The notes below the pieces were generated by a model. That model was not told the origin of the DNA. It was given only the letters and a program-made list of their open reading frames with translations, and searched no databases. Positions 50,146 through 63,852 of a DNA stretch of 64,000 nucleotides are shown here, piece after piece (position 1 is the first letter of the stretch; each line of letters starts with the position of its first letter). Made by a program: the position numbers and the translations under genes. Source of the stretch: Lama guanicoe (lineage: Eukaryota); NCBI GenBank assembly GCA_013239625.1, contig MU053472.1:3457410-3521409 (forward strand), in the 5' to 3' direction.

Positions 50146-51745
50146 CCCTGGCTTTTCAAAATAGTGTGCTACATGCTGTATAAAACATGGGTGAGATGTA
50201 TAAACCATTCTTTAGGGGATGAGGATTATGGTTGCAGTAGTCAGGGAAGAGATCCTAAGGATATCTAATTGAAGCCTAAGAAATTAGGTTACTTGATAAA
50301 TTGAGAGTATGGGATTAGATAAACTACAGTACTTGTTGAATGTCTGACATAGGCAACAAGGTTCTTATGTGTCACGTCAGGAGAAGGCGACAGGCTAGGA
50401 TTTCAAGTACCGTGCAAAGGATCACACCTACAAATCATCTAAGTATAAAAAATTCGAATAAAATGTCTTTTGTTCAGACAGCAGGTAGATGTGAAGTTAG
50501 CAAAAAAAAAAAAAGCAGTAATGGATCATAGCTAATTCTTATAATAAAACATCCTGCATTGAGACAGAGAGGTTAGCTAGTGAATTTTGCAGTTCCTGGG
50601 TTTACCTCAGAGAGACACATGATGAAAGCAGTGTAAATTTAACCTACTACAAGAGAGAATGTAAGCAGGGAACAACTAGAAGGCAAAAGAATGAAGACCT
50701 GAACTAAGGTGGTTGCAACAAGAATAGAGAATCTGAGACATTTCAAAAAATGACAGAATGAAAGTGGGGAATAACTGAATAGAAGTGAGAATGGAAAAGA
50801 ATGAGATGGCTGTGAGCCTTTAGAAATTCTAAAGAGGTGCTATTTGATGAGGAAAGAGGAAGAATCTTGATTTCTGTGTACTAAAATAAAAAAGTGACCA
50901 TGTTTCCTATGTTCTCTTGGAAATATGTGCTTGAGCTCCACTAAGACAAGGCTAGCAGTGTAGAAGTCTATTATCATAAAGGAAGGAAAAGGTCATTTAG
51001 TTGCTTTAACTAGGCCATCTTTCAGTCCAAAAAACTGTACATTTTGTATGCTAGGTTTGATGGTCCATTTTGTGGTCATTACGAAAATTCTCAATTTTGA
51101 TGATATGAAAACAACGTATCTAAAGCATCTACCACCTCATTATTAGGATGAATTCAGCTGATCTTGTTAGGTGAGCTCTGGGTCACTGGCTAAAAGTAAG
51201 TTTATCAAAATCATTTTATCTAAAAACCAATTCACTGAATTCACCTTAAGTCTTTAGTTGACAGAATTTGTCTTCATAATAGCATTTAAAGGAATGCTCA
51301 GTTTGTTTGTCCTAAATCCCTGCTACTGTTGCCAGATATTGAGAGGCAGAGAAAGAAAGAGGACTAGGCCTAAAGTCTCCAAATTACCCACTGATAAAGA
51401 ATACATTCATTGCAATTATAGTCTTGAATATGAATTTTTTTTCTCTATCTCCTCAGCAGCAGCAAGGAATTGGAGCAGAAACAAATTGAACATTCTTTTA
51501 AATGTTACTAAGAATATGAAAATCAATCAATAACTAGTCAAAAACAAGCAAGTTTTGGGAATTGGCATTTGATGAAACAGACTTCTGCTAAGTAAATGTA
51601 CCTTCTTCCATCACAATTATATGTGAATTCCTCTTGAAGCTACACTTTGATGAAAGACTAAAGAGGATCATTCCACCAGACTAAAGAGGCTCATTCTTGT
51701 CTAGGGCATATAAATTACTCCAGTTGCCATCTTAAAAAAAGAGTC

Positions 51746-52574
51746 TTTCATCACTTCATACCAGTCAGAATGGCCATCATTCAAAAGTCCGTGAACGATA
51801 AATGCTGGAGAGGGTGTGGAGAAAAGGGAACCCTCCTGTACTGGTGGTGGGAATTAGGCTGGTGCAGCCGTTATGGAAAACAGCATTGAGACTCCTCAAA
51901 AAAAACTGAAAATGGACTTACCTTATGATCCAGCAATCCCACTCCCAGGCATATATAAGAGGGAGCCTTAATTCAAAAAGACACATGCACCCCAATGTTC
52001 ATAGCAGCACTACTTACAATAGCCAAGACATGGAAACAACCTAAATGTCCATCCACAGATGACTGGATAAAGAAGTTGTGGTATATTTATACAATGTAAT
52101 ACTACTCAGCCATAAAAAATAATAAAATAATGCCATTTGCAACAACATAGATGGACCTGGAGAACGTCATTGTAAATGAAGTAAGCAAGAAAGAGAAAGA
52201 AAAATACCATATGATACCACTTATACGTGGAATCTTAAAAAAAAAAAAAGACAAATGAACTTATTTACAAAACAGAAACAGACTCAGAGACATAGAAAAC
52301 AAACTTACGGTTACCAGTGTGGGAAGGGGGTAGGAAGTGATAAATTGGGAGTTTGAGATTTGCAGATACTAGTATATGAAAAATAGATAAACAAGTTTAT
52401 ACTGTATAGCACAGGGAAATATATTCAGTATCTTGTAGTAACTTATGGTGAAAGAGAATATGAAAATGAATATATGTATATTCCTATGTGACTGAAGTAT
52501 TGTGCTATAGACCAGAAACTGACACATTATAAACTGACTATACTTCAATAAAAATATATTAAAAAAATTTTTTT
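51746..52574 (+). mobile_element. Young 5'-truncated L1
   Basis: ccagtcagaatggccatcattcaaaagtcc...; TSD-like aaaagagtc / aaaagagcc. Confidence 0.92.
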
Positions 52575-53599
52575 AAAAGAGCCACATTGGATGAAAATCA
52601 AGGAAAGAAAGACTTTATGCAGTTTGATGTACTGAAAGACTGTGAAAACAGAAACCTGGAATAAGAGTTTGTATAAAGAACCGGCATTTTCATGCTTTAA
52701 AGAAAACTGTTACTTCTGATCGTGGCAGAGCCATCTTTTTTTCAGATTATTAGCTTTTCAAAATTATTGTTTATTTTCAAGAATCACTTTATTCTTATAA
52801 TTGTGATTTTCCCCTTCATATTTAAGGCTAGGGCAATAATTATGAGTTATAGATAACTGTTTCAAATACTAAACACATTTAATAATTCTATAATTCAAAT
52901 AGCTACTAACAGCTGCACACTATTAAATATATATTATATATGACTTAGATGTCTTGTTCATAAATGCTATGGTATATATTCTCCCCCAAATACTAAAATT
53001 AAAGGTTTCAGGAAAATTTGATTTACATTTGGGTATTAAAGATTTTTTAATTCATTTTCCATTTTCTTTTTTATTGCACTGAGTAAACAAACAATTTTTG
53101 TGCTGGTTATATATGCTCTCTAGATTCTTTGGAATGGCAAACACTACACAAATGGAAATAATACAAAATGATTAGTTCATGGGCTCTAAGAATAATGAAT
53201 TGTTAAATCTACAGACAAAAATCAGTCTTGATTCCCATTTTTCAAAAACAAATTTGAGCCAATAACACATTCATAATTAACAAGTCATGTGTACTCAAAG
53301 AACTTCTGCACAAAGTACCTAATCTAACAGAGGCTATTCTGTAAGAATCTTGCCATTATAACTGCTTATGTCCAGTCTGGGAACCCGTGGGGTTTTGGAA
53401 TCACACAGCCCTGTATGCCATTCTTGACATTTATTAGTTAAACAATTTTGGAAAAGTTATCAAATCTTGGCCTTGAATCCCTTATCTAAAAGAATTTGTA
53501 GGAGAATTAAATGCAGCTACACAAACTGTTTGGCATATTGCCTGACCCACAGAGATATAAGCTGCTATTGTTATATTAAATGAGCCAACAACAACACAC

Positions 53600-54060
53600 A
53601 CACCCCAGAATTCCCCAAATCAAAATTGCATAACTAGTTTCTAGTTGGTTTTTAATATATGTTTGGAAGAAATCCTTCCGGAAAATTATCTAAGGAAATT
53701 ATCCAACAGAAGGCACAAAGATTATACTTACAATGTTATTTAAATAATAAAAAAATTAAGAGGAAACTCAAATATTTAAAATAGGGGACTGATTTATTAT
53801 GTATAGCCTGCAGATGGAACATTCAGGCAACAACAAAAACATAATTTAGAAATCTATATAGCAGTATGGAAAGTGTGCATCATATTCATACACTAAGTGA
53901 CAAAGGTAAAATATATAATTAATACATTATAATTACAACTCTAGAAAATGTATACATTTATGGGGTAGGGACTAGAAGGGAATACACAAAATAGTGAAGT
54001 TGGGCAAGGGTGGTAGCATTATGCATTATTTTCTCTATTATCTTTATAGTTTCATTATAT
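53600..54060 (+). mobile_element. L1ME-like 3' fossil
   Basis: gaaaattatctaaggaaatt; gactagaagggaatacacaaaat. Confidence 0.6.
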
Positions 54061-54104
54061 TTTTACTAAGAATACAAGTTATACTATTTAAAAATTCGAA
54101 TGTT

Positions 54105-56270
54105 AAGACAATTCAATAGGGAAAAGCAACAGATGATGCTAGGACAACTGGATATTCACATGTAAAAGAATGAAGTTGGATCCTTGCACCTACCATACAC
54201 AAAAAATTAACTCAAAATGGATCATAGAAATAAACCTGAAACTATAAAACCCTTAGGAGAAAACATAGGAGTAAATCCTTGTGACTTTAAGTTAGGCAAC
54301 ACCTGGAGCACAAGTAATAAAAGAAAAAATACAGGCATATCTCATTCTACTGAGCTTTGCTTTGTTGTACTTCCCAGATATTGCTTATTTTCATAAACTG
54401 AAAGTTTGCGGCAACCCTGCTTGAGTCAAGCAAGTCTATCAATGCCATTTTTCCAAAAGGATTTCCTTAATTCATGTCACTGTGTCACATTTTGGTAATC
54501 CTTGCAATATTTAATTATTATATTATGGTGGTTTGTGATCACTGATCTTTGATGTTAACTATTGCAATTATTTTGGAGTACCATACCCACATCCATATAA
54601 GACTTAATAAATGTTGTGTGAATGTTGTGACTGCTCCACCAACTGGCAGGTACCCTCTCTCCCTCTTCTTGGGCCTCCTTATTCACTGAGACATAAGAAT
54701 ACTGAAATCAGGCCAATTAATAACCCATCAGTAGCCTCTAAAATCCTAGGGCCCTTAAGAATTAAGCTAAATCTATCCTGCCTGTGCTGTATAATTGGAA
54801 CAACAAAGTCTGGATGGCAGCACATCTGTTTACAACATGGGCTACTGGGTTACTAAATATTTTAAGCCCACTGTTGGGGCCTACTGTTCAGAAAAAAAAA
54901 GATTCCTTTCAAGATATGACTGCTTTTTGGCAATTTACCTGGTTACCCAAGAGCTCTGATGGAAATGTACAAGATATGTGTTATTTTCATGTCTGATAAC
55001 ACATATCCATTCTGCAGCCCACAGATCAAGGAGTAATTCTGACTTTCACGTCTTACTATTTAAGAAATACATTTTCATAAGGCCATAGCTGCCATAGACA
55101 GTGTTACCTCAAGGTAGATCCGGGCAAAGTAAACTGAAAATCTTCTGGAAAGGATTAACCATTCTAGATGCCATTAAAAATATTTGTAATTCATGGAAAG
55201 AAGACAAAATATCAACATTAACAGAACTTTGGAAGAACTTGATTCCCACTCTTACGGATGACTTTGAGAGGTTCAAGACTTCAGTTGAAGAAGTTACTGT
55301 AGATGTGGAAATAGCAAGAGAACTAGAATTAGAAGTAGAGTCTGAAGATGTGAATTACTGCAATCTCATGACAAAACTTTAATGGATGATGAGCTACTTC
55401 TTATAGATGAGTAAAGAAAGTGGTTTCTTGAGATGGAACCTACTCCTGGAGAAGATGCTATGAAGGCTGTTGAAATGACAAGGGATTTAGAATATTAAAT
55501 AAATTTAGTTGATAAAGCAGTGTCATGGTTTGAGAGGACTGACTGCAAATTTGAAAGAAGTTCCACCATGGATAAAAATTAATGCTATCAAATCTCATTG
55601 CATGCAACAAAGAAATTGTCAAAGGAAGAGTCAATTGATGAAGCAAACTTCACTGTTGTCTTATTTTAAGAAAGTGCCACGCCACTCCAACCTTCAGCAA
55701 CCACCAGCCAATATGTCAGCAGCCATCAACATTGAGACAAGACCCTCACATGCGAAAAAAAAAAGACTCACTGAAGGCTCATATGATGGTTAACATTTTT
55801 TAGCAATAGAGTATTAAGGTATGTACATTGTTTTTTAGACATAATGCTATTGCATAGTTTATGAGTATAGTGTAAACATAACTTTTATATACACTTAGAA
55901 GCCAAAAACTTCGTGTGGCTTGCTTTGTGTGTGTGACTGAAGTATCTGCTGTATTGTGGTGGTCTGGAACCAAGCCCTCAATATGTCTAAGGTATGCCTA
56001 TATGTAAACTGGACTATATAGAATTTAAAAATTTTTGTGCTGCAAATAAAACCATCAAGAAAGTAAAGCACTCAGAGAATGGGAGAAAATATTTACAAAT
56101 CATATTTCTGATAAGGGACTTGTATCCAGAATATATAAAGAACTTTTACAACTCAATAATAAAAGACAACCTAGTGAAAAATGGTAAAGGATTTGAGTAG
56201 ATATTTCTCCAAGGAAGATAAGGCCAATTAGCGTATGAAAAGATGCAAAACTAATACATTCAAAAGTCAT
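54105..56270 (+). mobile_element. L1MB-like ORF2 fragment split by Tigger1
   Basis: ggacaactggatattcacatgtaaaagaatgaagttgga ... aagaaaaaata | taaactggactatatag contiguous across the transposon. Confidence 0.85.
54332..56000 (+). mobile_element. Tigger1 with internal deletion
   Basis: TA|caggcatatc ... ggtatgccta|[37 protein letters not shown]; ~0.7 kb shorter than the copy at 21847, deletion junction near 54740. Confidence 0.93.
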
Positions 56271-56499
56271 TTGAATTTTAATACCTTCTCTATCATCTTT
56301 ACCTGGATAGTAAACTAGCCTTGTACAAACACTACACACACAAACTACTGCCTCTCAAGGCAGCCTGTTATTTTCTAAGCACCAGAAAATTCCTCCTTCT
56401 TTTGGGTTGAAAGTTGTCTTTCCATAATCTTTGGTCCCAGAACTGCTTTATGGTTCAGATTAAGTCTAATCCTTTTTTTACACCACAAATGTCTGATAC

Positions 56500-58750
56500 T
56501 GCTGTCATTTGGACTTACACCAATTTCCTCAAATGTGGTACCTAAATCTGGATACATGCTAGGTGTGGCCTAATGAACCTCCCTGGTTCAGAAAAGCTGT
56601 AACAATCAAATTTTGGCAGGCAAATCATGCTGCTGATTCATATTAAGTTTACCAACAAGGACATTCTCTTTGTCATAAATACTCCCACTAGGCTATTTAT
56701 CCTTCATTAATTCCTCAACTGATTTTTTTTAACCCAAATGTAGGATTATATAATTAGTTATACTAAATTTCTTATTTAAACCACTCTGTTAAATCTTTGT
56801 TGCTACAGACTTACAAATTATTTTCATGTTTTGCATAAAGGTCCATCAAGTTTATGTCATTTCTAAATTTGATCAACATGCTGTCAATGTCCTTACTTGT
56901 TGCTCACTTCCATTCTTCCTATTCCCCATAATCTCTCAAAGTTTAGCTTTCTCACCTACAAATTCTCACAGCATCCTCAGATATAACTAGTTCAGGTTAT
57001 GAAAGAGAGTCACATTGAGCAGTTAGATGTTTCCTTAATTAATTTCATATATGTTGGACTTTAATTCTCCTTTACTAGGTACTAGGGGATTTTTTTATGT
57101 TGCTACAGCATAAAGATTGTTCTCCTTGACAGAAAATGTGAAAATGTGGAAACCAAATAAGAGCTATTAATACTGAGTAGGCATTTATCTTCTTTATTCT
57201 TGTTTCTGAATATAATTATAAGGTTTTAAAGTTATCTTAGCATATTCCCCACATCTGTGATTTCTGGATTTTACCTTTTCCGACACACTTAAATGTCTGT
57301 GTCACTTTTTAATTTCCAGAATATACAAACTGCTCATACAACTTAAAAACAAAAAAAAAAACCAAACAACTCAATCCAAAAAATGGACAGAAGACCTAAA
57401 CAAGCAATTCTCCAGTAAAGACATAGAAACGGCCAATAGGCACATGAAAAAAATGCTCAATATCACTAATCATCACAGAAGTGCAAATCAAAACTACAAT
57501 GAAGTATCACCTCACACCAGTCAGAAGATGGCCATCATTCAAAAGTCCATGAACAACAAATGCTGGAGAGGGTGTGGAGAAAAGGGAACCCTCCTACACT
57601 GTTGGTGGGAATGTAGTTTGGTGCAGTCATTATGAAAAACAGTATGGAGATTCCTCAAAAAACTAAAAACAGACTTACCATATGATCCAGCAATCCCACT
57701 TCTGGGCATATATCTGTAGGGAATTCTAATTTAAAAAGATATATGCATCCCAATGTTCACTATTTATAATAGCCAAGACATGGAAACAACCTAAATGTTC
57801 ATCGACAAATGACTGGATAATGAAGGTGTGGTATATTTATACAATGGAATACTACTCAGCTATAAAAAGAATAAAATAATGCCATTTGCAGCAACATGGA
57901 TGGACCTAGAGATCATCATTCTAAATGAAATAAGCCAGAAAGAAAATGAAAAAGACCATATAATATCACTCATATGTGGAACCTAAAAAAAGAAAAAAAG
58001 AGGACACTATGAACTAACTCATCTACAAAACAGAAACAGACTCACAGACATAGTAAATAATCTTATGGTTACTAGGGGAAAGGGAGTGAGAAGGGATAAA
58101 CTTGGGAGTTTGAGATTTGCAAATGTTAGCCACTATATACAAAAATAAATTCTAAAAAATTTCTCCTGTATAGCACAGGTAACTATATTTAATATCCTGT
58201 AATAACCTTTAATGAAAAAGAATATGAAAACAAATATATGTAAGTATATATATGACTGGGACATTGTGCTGTACACTAGAAATTGACACATTATAACTGA
58301 CTATACTTCAATTTTTAAAAAATTGAAAAAAAAAGTTTGTGTTACTTATATTCATTTTCTATAAATATCCCTTTAAAACCTGAGCTTAGATTGCTCCAAA
58401 TGGAGTCAAAGTAGTTTTATTTACTTTTGCTTTTTAAAATTGCCATAATCTGTAATTGTATAATTGTACAATTATTTTTGTGTTCTTCTCAACTTTCCTA
58501 GTCTCAGGTCTTAAGGTCATGACTATATACATTTTTGTTTACTTTTTACAAGTCTTCTTCCTACCATGTAGAGTATGTATGGATGTGGTCACTTCTAGAA
58601 TTCTCTGCCCCATCTATAACAAATTTTTGTATAATGATACAGTCATTTTGTCTCCAAAGGTTTCATTCCTACCCACCAAGCAATTCTCCCTTATTGGCTA
58701 TAAATAGATCCAGATTAGCAGTATCTTTCATTGTACCCTCTACCTCTCCT
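56500..58750 (-). mobile_element. Probable ancient CR1/L3 fossil split by L1 at 57308-58330
   Basis: cctcaaatgtggtacctaaatctggatacatgctaggtgtggcctaa resembles antisense CR1 RT 3' region; agatccagattagcagt resembles antisense EN 'LDL' motif; very degraded. Confidence 0.5.
57308..58330 (+). mobile_element. 5'-truncated L1 (ORF2 C-terminus + 3'UTR)
   Basis: [22 protein letters not shown]-like aaatgtctgtgtcactt / aaaagtttgtgttactt. Confidence 0.92.
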
Positions 58751-59199
58751 CTATATTATTTTTACTAAACAAATAACATTTTGGTGATAAAAATGTAAAA
58801 CACAGTAAGTAGAAAAAATTATATATATCTGAAATCTCTCCAGCCAGAGAAAATCATTGCTAATAATTTGGTGCATATCCTTCAAGATTTTTTCTCATAT
58901 AAATAAATAGTTTCCCCCTACATTCTGAGAGAGAAAATGTCAGCAAGGTAACAATTTGTCAAATGAACTTGGTTGGCTGTGAAGCCTGCTGAGAAATTTT
59001 CACTTTTGTTTAAATGTTTTCCTATCCAAAAAATATCTACCCTTACTCCAACTGCTTATAAATCTTTGATTCATACTCAAACCAACTATTTTTGCCCTCA
59101 TTTCAGCATTTTAACAAAATCAGAACTCCCTTCAGAAACTCACTAATCTTCCTAATTGTAAGAGTCAGTTATCAGAAGTAATATTTAGATATATCCATT

Positions 59200-60480
59200 T
59201 TAAATAGCCAAATATAATGATATCAAATACAAAAATTAATTCTCAATGAATAAACAAAAAAGCTATAAATATTCAGAGGAAAATACAAGAAAATTAGTGG
59301 AGAACGTCAGTTACAACCTTTAAAACATGACACAAATCCCAGAAACCATAAAGAAAAAATATAGCTGATTTGATTAAGTACAAAAATTTAAACTTCTATA
59401 TGGAAAAAGATTCCATAATAAAGTTTCAAAGATAACTCAGAAACTGGAAGAAGCCATTTGCAACGTATAACACTCAAGAGGCTTATAATTATAATACAAA
59501 AAGATTTCCTACAAATCAATAATAAAAATAAACACAAAAATACACAAAGGATATAAACAAGCATTAGTAGACAACATAAATCGCCAATAAGCACATGAAA
59601 AGCTGCTAATCCAATACATTCAAATTAAAAAGAGATTTTTTTAGCTCATCAGACTGGCAAAATCAAGGTTGAAAATACCTAATGTTAACACCTTTCATAT
59701 ACTATAAAAGGCAGTACAAACTGATATACATTTTCAGAAGGATAATTTGAAGAATTTCTAAAAATTTTTTAATATGCATACCTTATATTTCAACAATCTC
59801 AATTTCTGGAATTCATTCTACAACAATATATGAAGATGTTCACAAAGATCTATGTGCAAGAATGGTCACTGCAGCATGCTTTGTAATATAAAAAAGCAAC
59901 ACAAATCTTCATTAACAATGGAAAAGTTAGATTATGATCCACCTATAATAAAGTACTAGGTAGCAGACAAAAGAATGGGGTAAATCTCTACATGTTGTTA
60001 TGAAAACATATCCATGATACACTAACTAAAAAGCTTAAAAGGTGCCAGAATAATCTCAGTTTTGTTTAGGGGGAAAAACGTGTATAGATAGATATTGATA
60101 TAGAAAGTAAATGAATGCATAGAAAAATCTGAAAGTCATTTGGCACTACATGTTATCAAATCAATGCTTTTTATACCCTACACTATAAAAATATTATGTG
60201 TCAATTATATTTCCGTAAAGCTGCAGGAAAAAATGAACAAAAACACAACATGTTCATGCCCAGGACCAACTTTAAGGCATATTATTAAACTCCACTGAGC
60301 ACCATAAAAATAATTTTAATAATTTGACAGTGTATCGTCTCATCTTCACATGGAAACAAAAAAGGAAAATCTGAGAGGCTATACATCAAACTGAAGGAAG
60401 ACTTTTACATTTTAACACTTTAACAACAATTTATTATAACCAGCATGAATTACTGTGGTAAATATGCTCATACACGGTTT
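59200..60480 (+). mobile_element. L1ME-like ORF2/3'UTR fossil with nested insertion 60136-60362
   Basis: aaatcccagaaaccataaagaaaaa; catcagactggcaaaa; tgtgcaagaatggtcactgcagcat. Confidence 0.75.
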
Positions 60481-60585
60481 TAAAACTTATACCTACTGGC
60501 AAAAAAAAAAATGAAAAGAACCAAATTTGTCCAATAAAAGGGTCATAAACTGAATTACAGAATACTCATATAAGAGAACAATACT

Positions 60586-60587
60586 AA

Positions 60588-60624
<37 letters not shown>
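60586..60624 (+). repeat. (AATA)n microsatellite flanked by direct repeats
   Basis: ~10 units between aagagaacaatact and aaaagaacaatact. Confidence 0.92.
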
Positions 60625-60626
<2 letters not shown>

Positions 60627-61569
60627 AAGAACAATACTTTTCCAACTGCAGGCTGCAACCCATTACTGAGATGCAAAATCAGTTTGGACGAATGTGACCA
60701 CCATATTTCAAAAGCAAAATACAAAAAATCAGAATTCATCACAGTTAGTAACTACTGCTTTATAATTCTTCCAGAAGACAGCATTTGAAATAAGTGTCTA
60801 AGCCTATCTCTTCAAATTGTAAAGATGGAGGAAACAAACTAATAATTAATCCTACCACCGAATGATACACATATCTAATGATAAACATCACTCCTTCAAA
60901 CTCAGAAAAACTATTCCCTACCTCCTAGATTTTATATGTTGATTTATAATCTGTGTCATGGTCTTGTGTTGTCCTGTATCTCGATCCAGCAACTTGATGT
61001 GCTTCTATATCTCCAGACATGTCCTTGGAAGGGTCTGTTTTAGTACTTTTAGTACCTTTATCCTCTGAAAGATGAGGTTACACAGTGGATACTGATACAG
61101 AGAAACATACTTATCCTTTCATAAATCTTCAGGAAGTAAATGAGATTTAAGCATAGTTGAAATGAGAATACTTTAGGCAGTCTTCAGTTCTCAAATCTCC
61201 ACACAGGTTGGCATCAGGTAGCATGGAGAGAGAAATGATCAGAAAAAAAAAAAAAAAAGGAGACAGAGAGATTTTACAATTTAGAAGCCATTGTTCTAAA
61301 AGCCAAATAAAACAAACTAGAGAGGGGGCAGGAAAAAGAGCATAAGGTTCTTCTGCTTCCTGATTATTGGGCATTTTAACATTATTGGCATTTCTATGAC
61401 TTGTAGTTTAAAAATTCCTGTATTTTCCCAGAGGTGCAGTGGATGCAGAGTCTACAGTGCCCAATATTGACTGAATAAATGAATGAATGGATGATTTGGG
61501 GTTATTTCCCCAGTCTTTCTTACAGGTTTCCCCTCCCTCAAGAAGAGAAATAAGGGTTTACCAGACAAG

Positions 61570-62150
61570 TCCCAAATAGGCTATATTTTCTCATCTCTAT
61601 GCCTTTGCACAAGGTAGTCTCTCTGCTGGAATGCTCTTCAGTTCCCTCCTCCTCTTGGCTAATTCCTATTTAGTCTTCTAAACTCAATTTATGCATCCTC
61701 TTCCAGAATCTAATGGCCTACACTGGCACATCCATCTTAGCATTCCCATAAAATCTACAGCATCACTGTGTCTTAACTCTTATCAGTACACAGAGGTAGC
61801 AAGAAAACAAGCTTTGTAGTCAGACAAATCTGAGTTCAAATTCTGATTCTACTACTTACTGTGTGATCTTGGATGAGTTACCTAATATTGCTAAACATTA
61901 GTTTTCTAATTAAAAAATAGAAACTAACAATGTAATGTTCTTAGTATATCATCTCATAGATAACAGAGTTAATAGTCATTTTTATTATACTCACATTGTA
62001 CTGTACTTGCTGGTAAACTTGTCTGATTTTTCCTCTAAACTGAACACTTCTTGAGGAAAGGAACATGTATTTTATTTCTGTATAAGTAGCATTTAGCATC
62101 AGTGCTTGGCATATGGTAGATACTTAATGTTTTTTGATGACTAAATAAAC
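61570..62150 (+). mobile_element. L2 3' end with nested MIR (~61790-61940)
   Basis: gcctttgcacaagg...ctgctggaatgctctt; gtcagacaaatctgagttcaaattctgattctactacttactgtgtgatcttgg; cagtgcttggcatatggtagatacttaat. Confidence 0.75.
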
Positions 62151-63153
62151 ATTGCTCTCATTACAGTGAAATTAATTTGCCACTTGAAATCCTTCTGTAG
62201 TAAGGTGGAAAACAAGTAAACAAGAAAATAAACTCCATTAACAACAGTTTCAAAAAAGGATACTGTCTTTAATTCTAATCATACTGTTTTTAGGATTTAC
62301 TGTTAATTATATATACTATGAAATACCAAATGATTCAGTATCTTGCTTGAACATAGCTGATCATATATGGTTCATGAACTGAATACCTATAATAATTTTT
62401 TCATGGCATATATTAGCCACAAAATTAGCAAGCCACGTATAAGGCTAGATAGACAGCCATTTAGAAAAGTAAACAGCTTTCTAAAATCAAGGAAACTTTT
62501 AATTAAAATCTCTTTCATATAGTTTTGGGGGAAATGAGAAAAAATTCAGTTTCATGCTTTAGTAATTTTGACCTATGTAGGAAAATAAAAATTACTATTC
62601 ACTTAATGCAATATTTAATGAATTTTTCCATCGTAATGTTTAATTAGTTGGTTTGAGTATTTGTATGGCCTCATTCTGAGAGAATGTTTCTATTTTATAT
62701 TTTTCAATATATTTTTACAGACCTACACTAGAAGCTGATATCACTCACCCTATTTCTTCCTCCTCTCCTTGATAGTCAAGGATAGTTTAACTTTAATATT
62801 CTGTATATGTTGAACATAAACTAGGTATTTTATACATAAAATGAAATTCTGACTCCAAAGGACAAGCTTTACTTTGAGACATTTTGCAGGGTATGATGCA
62901 AAGGAATAATGATTTTACAATGATAATGATTCCAAAAGTGTTACAGCATATGGACCTCAATGATGGGAATACACTTCTAGAATAAAGTGATCAGTGCCTT
63001 ATGTTAATTTATAATCCACTGCTTATTAATGATCAGTATATATTTTACTGGCTTCTAAAATATCACATACTGAATATGTGACTAATATAGACTACAAACT
63101 AATTGAGCAAAAATATTTCTCTTTTCTTTATACTTAGTTTAAAAGAATTTTGG

Positions 63154-63360
63154 TGGAGTTTGAGATTTGCAAATGTTACCTGCTATATATAAAAATAGAT
63201 TTTAAAAAGTTTCTTTTGGGGAACATATTCAATATCTTATAATAACCTTTAATGAAAAAGAATATGAAAACAAATATATGTATGTATATTCGTGACTGGG
63301 ACATTGTGCTGTACACCAGAAACTGACACATTGTAACTGACTTTACTTTAATTAAAAAAA
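63154..63360 (+). mobile_element. Short young L1 3'UTR insertion
   Basis: Closely similar to 58105-58320; flanks aaaagaattttgg / aaaatttttttgg. Confidence 0.9.
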
Positions 63361-63779
63361 AATTTTTTTGGATTTCCTTCCAAAACGGACACTATGTTGA
63401 GTAGATGACGATTATATTAGGCATTGAAACTGTATAAAAAATAGGTGGCTTTGGCTACTTCAATAATTTATATTGAAATTGAAAAATCAAAATATTTTGC
63501 AGGATTAGTCAAATGCAAAATGGAAAAACAAAAATCTCCAGGCACCTTAGTGAGTGAATAATGATGTTTATTTGCCATTATTGTGAACTATACACCAAGT
63601 TGTCAACTTTTTTCAGTCTATTATTTTAAGCATTTCTGGATTACTAACTGTGTTTTTAATAAGCAGCATGAATTGTTAATCTTTTCATTAGAGGCAAGAG
63701 CTTAGAAAACTATTTGGTGCAAAAACTTTATCATGTTCTCTATTTATAGGAGTTTATGAAGATAAAATAAAAATCCTAC

Positions 63780-63852
63780 ATATATGTATAATTGAATCAC
63801 TGTGCTATACACCAGAAATTAACACATTATAAACCAACTATATTTCAATTGA
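63780..63852 (+). mobile_element. ~70-bp L1 3' terminus
   Basis: gaatcactgtgctatacaccagaaattaacacattataaaccaactatatttcaat; TSD aaaataaaaatcctac / aaaagaaaaatccaac. Confidence 0.87.

Noticed and set aside
62742..62802. Strong minus-strand donor AGG|gtgagt
   Set aside because: Only a weak acceptor upstream and stops in all three frames
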